From Candidatus Binatia bacterium (lineage in GTDB: Bacteria; Desulfobacterota; Binatia; UBA9968; JAJDTQ01): 64,000 nt of DNA. Position numbers and translations under genes: made by a program. The stretch spans positions 160,001-224,000 of the forward strand of contig OY762897.2 of NCBI GenBank assembly GCA_963666515.2, given 5' to 3'. This document shows positions 57,254-64,000 of this stretch, one piece after another; the first letter of the stretch is position 1; each line of letters begins with the position of its first letter. Below the pieces are notes generated by a model. The model was not told the DNA's origin. It worked only from the letters and a program-made list of their open reading frames with translations, and did no database searches.

Positions 57254-58011
57254 TGGATGATCCCGCCGCCTTCCACCACCAGCAACTGCCCGGTCATGAA
57301 GTCGCTGTCGGCGCTGGCGAGGAACAGCGCGGTGCCGGTGACGTCCTCCGGCACCTCGACGCGCTTGAAGGCGCGGCGGCCAGCGCTGTCGGCGCGGCGC
57401 TTGCGTATTTCGTCGGTGATGACGTCCTCGCTCATAGTGGAGCCGGGGGTCATGCAGTTCACGTTGATGTTCCAGTCGCCGAGTTGGCGGGCCATCACCC
57501 GTGTTAGCCCGACCACGCCGCCCTTGGAACTGGTGTAGTGGGGCATGTTGCTGGTGCCGTTAAGGAAGGTGCCGGAGGCGATGGTGATGATCTTCCCGGA
57601 CTTCTGCTCCTTCATGACCGGGATGACCGCGCGGCAGCACATGAAGACACCCTTGAGGTTCACCTCCATGACCCGGTCCCACTCGTCCAGCGGGCAGTCC
57701 TCGACCCGGCCCATCCACATCTTCTGGGTCACGTAGATGGCCGCGTTGTTGAGCAGCACGTCGATGCGGCCGAACCGGTCGAGGGTTTCGGCTACGAGTC
57801 CCTCGATGCTGTCGTATTTCGTGACGTCGGTGGTTCTGGCCCACCCTGTCTGGCCCGCGCGATTCAACTCGTCGGCAACTGATTCTCCGGCCGCAGCATC
57901 GATGTCGGCGATGACCACCCGCGCTCCTTCCTCCGCGAACCGCTTGGCGTAAGCCTTGCCGAGCCCGTGTCCGCCCCCCGTGATGATGGTGACCTTGTCC
58001 TTGAGTCGCAT
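57250..58011 (-). CDS. short-chain dehydrogenase/reductase
   Basis: TGGGHGLG, NNAA, YTSSK, TGQ. Confidence 0.9.
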   Translation of the reverse strand: MRLKDKVTIITGGGHGLGKAYAKRFAEEGARVVIADIDAAAGESVADELNRAGQTGWARTTDVTKYDSIEGLVAETLDRFGRIDVLLNNAAIYVTQKMWMGRVEDCPLDEWDRVMEVNLKGVFMCCRAVIPVMKEQKSGKIITIASGTFLNGTSNMPHYTSSKGGVVGLTRVMARQLGDWNINVNCMTPGSTMSEDVITDEIRKRRADSAGRRAFKRVEVPEDVTGTALFLASADSDFMTGQLLVVEGGGIIH

Positions 58012-58167
58012 GGCGCCTCCCCGTTTCGGATGGCGGCGAGTATAGCACACGGCCCGGACAATCCCGTGGCGCTCCGCGCCGATTGATCTAACCCTGCCGG
58101 AAGGCGTACAAAGGGAGACGCGGCGGCGCCGCGCATTCGGACCATTCGGACACACAGGAGGTTCACC

Positions 58168-58497
58168 GTGCAATTCGTTCGATTGTTCACCGGGGACGAC
58201 GGCCAATCCCATTTCGAGGATATGGACATGAGCGCCGAGGGCGGCTACTTCTTCGAGACCCTGCCGGTCACCGGGCTGGTGCTGAAGAACGATCCGGCCA
58301 CCCATCTGGGCGACTTTCACACCGCGCCCCGGCGGCAGTACTGCATCACCCTATCGGGCTCCGCCGAAATCCGGGTGGGCGACGGCACGTCTCGGACCTT
58401 CGTGGCCGGAGACGTCTTTCTCGCCGAGGACGTCACCGGGCAGGGCCACACGCTGACGCCGAACGACTGGGCCAGGGCTTTCGTTCACATCGAATAG
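58168..58497 (+). CDS. cupin domain protein
   Basis: DDGQSHF, HTAPRRQ, EDVTGQGH; RBS AGGAGG with GTG start. Confidence 0.8.
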   Translation: MQFVRLFTGDDGQSHFEDMDMSAEGGYFFETLPVTGLVLKNDPATHLGDFHTAPRRQYCITLSGSAEIRVGDGTSRTFVAGDVFLAEDVTGQGHTLTPNDWARAFVHIE

Positions 58498-58571
58498 AGA
58501 ACGGGTCAAAATGGTCACGGGTGGCGCCACGCCCGAGACTTCTCAACGCATGTACGGAAAGGAGACGCAGC

Positions 58572-59084
58572 ATGAGCAGTGAGGAAAAATCCCCGATCAA
58601 GGTCAAGAAGATCGGCCACGTGGTGTTCAACGTGAGCGACCTGGAGCGCAGCACGAAGTTCTGGACGGAGATCATGGGCTTCAAGGTATCGGACGTGAAT
58701 GAGCGCGGCATGGTGTTCCTGCGCAACGCGTCGGACCACCATGCCGTGGCGTTGTTCCCCTCCAAGTCGAACAAGGGGCAGCCCGAGCCGGATCAGGTGG
58801 CGTTCAACCACTTCGCGATGGAGGTAGGAAGCGTCACCGAGCTGTTCAATATCCGCGAGTTTCTGAAGGCCAACAACGTGCCCATCCTGTACGAGGGCCG
58901 CAGGGGTCCGGGCTGCAACCCGGGAGTAGAGTTCACCGATCCCGACGGCTTCCAGATCGAGCTGTACGCCTCCATGGACCAGATCGGCTGGGAAGGCGAG
59001 AGCCGGCCGGCCGAGCAGTGGTCCCGCGCCACCACGCTGGAGGAAGTGCTGGAGAAGCCGATCCCGGGCGTTTCCTACGAGTAA
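58572..59084 (+). CDS. VOC/glyoxalase (extradiol dioxygenase-like) protein
   Basis: IGHVV..VSDLERS, DHH, NHFA, DPDG..IE. Confidence 0.87.
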   Translation: MSSEEKSPIKVKKIGHVVFNVSDLERSTKFWTEIMGFKVSDVNERGMVFLRNASDHHAVALFPSKSNKGQPEPDQVAFNHFAMEVGSVTELFNIREFLKANNVPILYEGRRGPGCNPGVEFTDPDGFQIELYASMDQIGWEGESRPAEQWSRATTLEEVLEKPIPGVSYE

Positions 59085-59168
59085 TCTGCATCACCGTGGA
59101 GGGAGGGGCGGGCACGCGGGTCTCCTCCCTCCGCTCCATCCAACTAATCGCTGAGGGACAGAGGCGCG

Positions 59169-60401
59169 ATGGCGGTGGACGTGATCATGCCGGCCATGGG
59201 CGCGACCCAGGAGACGGGCCGCCTGGTACGCTGGTTCAAGCGGGAAGGGGACTCCGTCACCAAGGGCGAGATGCTCATGGAGGTGGAGACGGACAAGTCC
59301 GTGGTGGAGGTGGAGGCGCCGGCTTCCGGAGTCCTGGCCCAGGTCACTGCCGCGCCGGATGACGAGATCCCCGTTGGACAAGTCATCGCGCTCATCGTGG
59401 AGCCGGGCGAGAGCGTGTCTCCGTCGGAGCAGTCTATCCCGTCCGCGCCGAAGGCACCGAAATCCCCCGACACGACCGTTGCCGGGCCCGTGCCGAGACC
59501 GCGGCGCAGGCATACGGCGCCACGGCGGAAGGCGGCGAAGTCACCGGTCGCCGCAACCGAGGTCCCCGCGGCAGGCCCTGACGCCGGCCGGCTTCTCGCG
59601 TCCCCCGCGGCCAAACGTCTGGCAAGGGAGAGGGGTGTGGATATCTCCGGGATGGCCGGCACCGGGCCGGAAGGCGCGGTGCTGGCGCGTGACGTAACAT
59701 CCATGGCTCCGAGCGCTTCCGCCGAAGCCGGTGTCCCGGTCCCTCTCACCCGCATGCGCCGCCTAATCGGCGAACGCATGACGTCGAGCAAGCGAACGGC
59801 ACCGCATTTCTACCTAAGCATGGAAGTGGACATGACCGGTGTCGAGGCCCGGCGTGACGCGATGAAGCAGCAGGAGGCCGGGCCGGTCCCGTCCTTCAAC
59901 GATTTCATCCTCGAGGCCGTGGCCCGGGCGCTGGCGGAATCACCGTCCATGAACGCATCCTGGACGGACGAGGGGATCGAGCAGCACGGCGAGGTGAACA
60001 TCGGCATGGCCGTTGCCGTGGACGACGGCCTCGTGGTCCCCGTCATCCGCAACGCCGACAAGCTCCCGCTGGAGGAGCTGGCGCTGCACAGCCGCGAGCT
60101 GGCGACCCGGGCTCAGAACCGCAGGCTGACGCCCGCCAACTACCAGGGCGGCACGTTCACGGTCTCCAACCTCGGCATGTTCGGCGTCGACAGCTTCACC
60201 GCCATCCTCAACCCGCCGCAATGCGGCATCCTGGCCGTGGGCCGCGTCGCGTCCCGGGTCGTCCCCCACGGCGACGCCATCGCCGTCCGCCCCATGATGA
60301 CCATGACCCTGTCCGCCGACCACCGCGTCGTGGACGGCGCCATCGGCGCCCGGTTCCTGCAGCGCGTCAAGCAGCACCTGGAAGAGATTCAGGGACGCTG
60401 A
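59169..60401 (+). CDS. dihydrolipoamide acyltransferase (E2 of a 2-oxoacid/acetoin dehydrogenase complex)
   Basis: Lipoyl ETDKS, ASPAAKRLA subunit-binding domain, GGTFTVSNLG, DHRVVDG. Confidence 0.92.
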   Translation: MAVDVIMPAMGATQETGRLVRWFKREGDSVTKGEMLMEVETDKSVVEVEAPASGVLAQVTAAPDDEIPVGQVIALIVEPGESVSPSEQSIPSAPKAPKSPDTTVAGPVPRPRRRHTAPRRKAAKSPVAATEVPAAGPDAGRLLASPAAKRLARERGVDISGMAGTGPEGAVLARDVTSMAPSASAEAGVPVPLTRMRRLIGERMTSSKRTAPHFYLSMEVDMTGVEARRDAMKQQEAGPVPSFNDFILEAVARALAESPSMNASWTDEGIEQHGEVNIGMAVAVDDGLVVPVIRNADKLPLEELALHSRELATRAQNRRLTPANYQGGTFTVSNLGMFGVDSFTAILNPPQCGILAVGRVASRVVPHGDAIAVRPMMTMTLSADHRVVDGAIGARFLQRVKQHLEEIQGR

Positions 60402-60464
60402 CAGGGACGCTGACGAATACGGGAACGGCACGCCGCCCCGCAACCTCCATTCCAACCCGTATCC

Positions 60465-60594
60465 CGTCATTCCGGGCTTGAGCCAATCCAGGGGTGCCGC
60501 CCCCGCCTCTGGACCCCGGATCAAGCTTGCCCCGGGCTTGACCCGGGGTCCGGGGTGACGCTTTCCGTCATTCCGGGCTTGACCCGGAATCCAG
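60465..60594. repeat. cluster of CGTC-tagged REP-like palindromes
   Basis: CGTCATTCCGGGCTTGACCCGGAATCCAG (60566-60594), degenerate copy 60465-60491, inverted interrupted copy 60509-60560. Confidence 0.75.
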
Positions 60595-60616
60595 GGGGGC
60601 GTTGGGGCAGTCCCCG

Positions 60617-61711
60617 TTACATCCCCGGCCAGCTCTCCATCGGGTCGGTGGAGCGCACCAGGTGCATGCCGGCGGAGGCGGCTTCGTCCAGGGTTTGCTC
60701 GGCGGATTCGGTGAAGTCGGCGGCGATGTCGCCGTTCTCGGTTCGCACCACTACAGACGACATGCAGTCGGTCATGATGTAGACTTTTTTCGCGAGCGAC
60801 GGGTCCTCGTGCCGGATTTCTTCCAGCAGGTCCTGCACCGTGCTCTTGACGCAGTGGCTGGCGGCCTGTCCGGCCACGATCAAGGCGTCCGCCTCCACAA
60901 GGGTCCTGTAGAACCGGGCGTTCCTCTCGGCGAGAATGCCGCCGTCCCAGGTGGTCAGGACCTCGGGACGCAGGACCGAGTAGTTCTCCGTCAGGCTGTG
61001 GGTCCCCTTGATCTCCTCCCAGGACTGTGACGCCCGGGTGAGGGAGTGCAGTGTCCTTGCCTCGTCCACCACGCCGGTGACGGTGTGGCCGGGGCTGCCC
61101 ACCAGACAGTGGGGCGGCCATAGGTAAAGCGTGTAGCGTCCGCCCGCCGCCAGCTCGCGGTTATAGAAGCGGCACTGCTCCACCAGCCAGTCGTAGCCTT
61201 TGTCCGTGACCCAGGACGTGAGGGCGGGGTTGGGGTTGACGTCCTCCTTGAGGACGTTGCCCAAGGGGTCGGTGTTGACCAGCCGCTTGGCGTCACGGCC
61301 GTCCACCGTGATGAGGGTGTGGGGCGAAAGCGGTTCCCCGTGGGAGTCCACCCAGAACCAGGGAAAGAAGATCTGGAAGTTGTTGTGGCTGTCCAGGGTG
61401 CAGCGGATGTGAGTGATCCGCGCTAAGTTGCGGTAGATGAACTCGGCGATGCGCCGGCTGTCCTTGACCGCGCCTTGCCCGCTACGGCCACCGACGTACA
61501 GCGTGCCCTCGGGATGGCAGAAGTCACGCTGCACGTCGATGAGGAGGAAATCGATTCGCCTCGAGTCGGCGGCGGCTGGCGCGATCGCGAATTCCCGCCG
61601 GAACCGGTTGGCTTCTTCAAAGATGGCAATGCGGTCCGGCGTATGGGAAAAGTCGCTGGCCCGGTCGGAGTCGTAGAAGGCGGGCGTTTCGTTGATCTCG
61701 GAGGATTTCAT
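60617..61711 (-). CDS. long isochorismatase/nicotinamidase-family cysteine hydrolase
   Basis: IDVQRDF, TLDSH, WPPHC, KG, SHCV (Asp-Lys-Cys triad). Confidence 0.85.
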   Translation of the reverse strand: MKSSEINETPAFYDSDRASDFSHTPDRIAIFEEANRFRREFAIAPAAADSRRIDFLLIDVQRDFCHPEGTLYVGGRSGQGAVKDSRRIAEFIYRNLARITHIRCTLDSHNNFQIFFPWFWVDSHGEPLSPHTLITVDGRDAKRLVNTDPLGNVLKEDVNPNPALTSWVTDKGYDWLVEQCRFYNRELAAGGRYTLYLWPPHCLVGSPGHTVTGVVDEARTLHSLTRASQSWEEIKGTHSLTENYSVLRPEVLTTWDGGILAERNARFYRTLVEADALIVAGQAASHCVKSTVQDLLEEIRHEDPSLAKKVYIMTDCMSSVVVRTENGDIAADFTESAEQTLDEAASAGMHLVRSTDPMESWPGM

Positions 61712-61723
61712 GGTCGCTCCCGG

Positions 61724-61948
61724 CTACAGGAGCTTCACTAGCGCAGCCACCGCTCCGACTGCTACCACCATCATTGAGCCAAGTCGTATGGTGAGCCGCA
61801 GTTCCAGATCCTTCAGGTCCTGCTTGATGGTCGCTTCCAACTCCTTCAGGTCCCGCCTCAAGGCAAGTCCCACCTCCTTCATGTCTCGCTTCAAGGCCAG
61901 TTCCACCTCCTTTACGAAGGCGTGGGTGTCGAATGGAACGGTGCTCAC
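61724..61948 (-). CDS. DUF1640/CCDC90-like small coiled-coil membrane protein
   Basis: FDTHAFVK N-terminus; LELRLTIRLG followed by a C-terminal TM segment. Confidence 0.75.
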   Translation of the reverse strand: MSTVPFDTHAFVKEVELALKRDMKEVGLALRRDLKELEATIKQDLKDLELRLTIRLGSMMVVAVGAVAALVKLL

Positions 61949-62035
61949 GATGAAATTCTATCTTGCTTGTGGGGCAAAGTCCATGCGTGTCGAGCCGGTT
62001 GCCTGCCAACAGGCCCGTGACATAAAAAGGGAGTC

Positions 62036-62893
62036 ATGCCCGCCCGCTGGTTCGAGCTTTCCGTCCAGGCCCAAGGCCCGGCGCAGGACACGATTTCCAG
62101 CTTCCTGGTGGAGCAGGGTTCGACCGGTGTCGTCTGCGGCGAGCGCTCCCTGCGGGCGTTCTTCCCGGAGACAGTAGACGATGCCGTCCTCAGATCCGCG
62201 GTCCGGCGCTATCTGCGCGGTCTCCGGGGCATTCTCCCGGACGGTTTCGTGGGCCGCACCCGCTGGCGGGTGATCGCGGAGCAGAACTGGCACGACGGCT
62301 GGCGCGAACACTTCAAGCCGCAACGGATCGGCAAACGGTTCCTGATAATGCCACCCTGGATTCGTCCGGAGGAAAAACGCCGGCACGTCATCTTCATTGA
62401 GCCGGCCATGGCCTTCGGCACCGGCACGCACGAGACCACCCGGTCTTGTCTCGAGTTCATCGACGAACTTTGTGCGGAGACCGTGCCCGCCAAGTCCTTG
62501 GACGTGGGCACGGGGTCGGGCGTCCTGGCCATCGGCATGGCCCGGCTCGGGGTGCGCGAGGTGCTGGCGTTGGACAACGACCCCGCGGCGCTGGAAGCGG
62601 CCGAGGCGAACCTCCGGCTCAACGGGGTGGACGGCGCGGTGACCCTCAGTGACACGAGCCTCGGCCGCGTGCGGCGCCGGTTCCCGCTGGTGGTAGCCAA
62701 CATCATCCTGGAGACCCTCGTGGAGTTGGCTGGCCCGCTGAAACGGTGTGTGGCTGCCAGCGGCTCGCTGATCCTGTCGGGGCTGCTTCATGACCACGTT
62801 CCGGTGGTGGTGAGGCATTTCCAGGATTTTCGATTGGCGCAACGCAAGGATCGCAAGGAGTGGAGCACGCTGCTGCTCCGCAAAGAATCATGA
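62036..62893 (+). CDS. prmA: 50S ribosomal protein L11 methyltransferase
   Basis: EPAMAFGTGTHETT, LDVGTGSGVLAI, VANI, ILSG. Confidence 0.93.
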   Translation: MPARWFELSVQAQGPAQDTISSFLVEQGSTGVVCGERSLRAFFPETVDDAVLRSAVRRYLRGLRGILPDGFVGRTRWRVIAEQNWHDGWREHFKPQRIGKRFLIMPPWIRPEEKRRHVIFIEPAMAFGTGTHETTRSCLEFIDELCAETVPAKSLDVGTGSGVLAIGMARLGVREVLALDNDPAALEAAEANLRLNGVDGAVTLSDTSLGRVRRRFPLVVANIILETLVELAGPLKRCVAASGSLILSGLLHDHVPVVVRHFQDFRLAQRKDRKEWSTLLLRKES

Positions 62894-63636
62894 GCCTCCC
62901 GCGCTTCCTCGTTTCGCCGGATGCGGTACGCGACGGCGCCGCTATTGTGGAAGGCTCCGAGCTTGCGCACATGCGCAAGGTGTTGCGCCTCCGCCCCGGC
63001 GCCAGGGTGCTGCTATGGGACGGCGAGGGGACCGAGCACGAGGCCTTGATCCGCGCCTATGAAGGTGGAGTTGCGGCCATGACCGTGATACGGTCCTATC
63101 GCCCCGAGCGGGAGTCGCCCCTGACCGTCACACTGGCCCAAGCCGTGGGCAAGGGCGACAAGATGGACTGGATCGTGGAGAAGTCCACGGAGCTGGGGGT
63201 GACGTGCGTGGCGCCGTTCTTCTCGTCGCATACCGTGCCCCGGTACGACGGCGGCAAGGGCGAGCGGCGACGCGAGCGCTGGGAGAAGATCGCAGCCGCC
63301 GCGGCGAGACAATCCGGTCGCACCCGGATCCCCGAGATCCGCGAACCGGACCGGTTCGACGCGGTGCTCGCCCGTGACTGGCAGTGCGACGCCAGGCTGT
63401 TGTTATGGGAAGGCCCGTCGGGCCGGGGGCTGGCGTCTCTGCGGGAAGAAACCGGCAGCCTGCGTTCGGTTCTGGTGATGGTAGGCCCGGAAGGCGGGTT
63501 CAGCGAGGAGGAGGCGTCGCGGGCCGCGGCCCACGGATTCCACACCGTCGGGCTCGGCAGGCGCATCCTGCGCACGGAGACCGCAGCCGTGGCCGCGGTC
63601 TGCGCCGTGCAGTTGCTGTGGGGCGACCTGGGGTGA
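62890..63636 (+). CDS. rsmE: 16S rRNA (uracil-1498-N3)-methyltransferase
   Basis: HM.KVLRL, KSTELG, QSGR, VGPEGG, LGRRILRTETA; ATGA-coupled to prmA. Confidence 0.95.
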   Translation: MSLPRFLVSPDAVRDGAAIVEGSELAHMRKVLRLRPGARVLLWDGEGTEHEALIRAYEGGVAAMTVIRSYRPERESPLTVTLAQAVGKGDKMDWIVEKSTELGVTCVAPFFSSHTVPRYDGGKGERRRERWEKIAAAAARQSGRTRIPEIREPDRFDAVLARDWQCDARLLLWEGPSGRGLASLREETGSLRSVLVMVGPEGGFSEEEASRAAAHGFHTVGLGRRILRTETAAVAAVCAVQLLWGDLG

Positions 63637-63676
63637 GGCGGGGCGGTAGGGCGTTATCAAGAGCAGGAGGTTCATC

Positions 63677-63871
63677 ATGGACAAGGATACCGAAGAGACC
63701 CTGAACCGGATGCTGCGGCGGGCTGGCCTGGAAATGGCCGAGAGCGATCGCGCGCGTTTCATCCCGATGCTGGAGACCTACATGGAGAGCCTGGACAAGC
63801 TCCACTCCATCAACCTCGCCGGCGAGCAGGTCGGCGGGGTCTTCCGGCCCGAGACGGACGAGGACCGGTAG
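63677..63871 (+). CDS. small amidase partner (AtzG/DUF4089/GatC-like)
   Basis: 64-aa helical protein ending L..E....VF.P; RBS AGGAGG; directly before an amidase. Confidence 0.6.
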   Translation: MDKDTEETLNRMLRRAGLEMAESDRARFIPMLETYMESLDKLHSINLAGEQVGGVFRPETDEDR

Positions 63872-63900
63872 GGCGGTTCGGGGGACAGCGAGGAACGGAC

Positions 63901-64000
63901 ATGTCGGATTTGTGTTTTTCCAGCATCGACAGCATGGCGCCGCGCCTGCAAAAGGGCGAGGTCTCTCCGGTCGAGTTGACGCAAGCCTACCTCGACCGCA
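63901..64000 (+). CDS. amidase signature family protein (3' truncated by window edge)
   Basis: MSDLCFSSIDSMAPRLQKGEVSPVELTQAYLDR is a typical amidase N-terminus. Confidence 0.75.
   Translation, partial: MSDLCFSSIDSMAPRLQKGEVSPVELTQAYLDR

Noticed and set aside
60390-60413. 12-bp tandem duplication CAGGGACGCTGA across the E2 stop codon (similarly a 13-bp repeat at 50184-50211)
   Set aside because: Short slippage duplications with nothing inserted between them; no evidence of a target-site duplication

Overview
GC-rich bacterial chromosomal segment. The gene content suggests a Deltaproteobacteria/Binatia-like heterotroph, possibly host-associated; this is inference only. It is dominated by uptake and catabolic genes: three TRAP (dctPQM) and three TTT (tctABC) transporters, five amidohydrolase-superfamily enzymes, two ornithine-cyclodeaminase-family enzymes, two alpha/beta hydrolases, a flavin monooxygenase, an SDR, VOC and cupin proteins, and a ComDE-like ThDP decarboxylase. 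Housekeeping genes are topB, prmA, rsmE, tRNA-Phe, a lytic transglycosylase and an orphan E2. I recognised no DNA-binding transcription factor, CRISPR array, integrase or transposase. Best candidates for undescribed biology: (1) an AtzD-family ring-opening amidohydrolase translationally coupled to AllF/AllG (FdrA/DUF1116)-like genes, with a His-rich LVIVD propeller, two deaminases and a TRAP transporter; (2) a NYN ribonuclease behind a promoter and a two-UUCG-hairpin leader ending in a terminator (type III toxin-antitoxin-like layout); (3) a glutamate-cysteine-ligase/CBS fusion coupled to an M14 deacylase; (4) a lower-GC islet with an McrA-like HNH nuclease, a frameshifted Zn-finger gene and an AAA-ATPase remnant. 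All calls come from motif recognition by eye; no searches were run.
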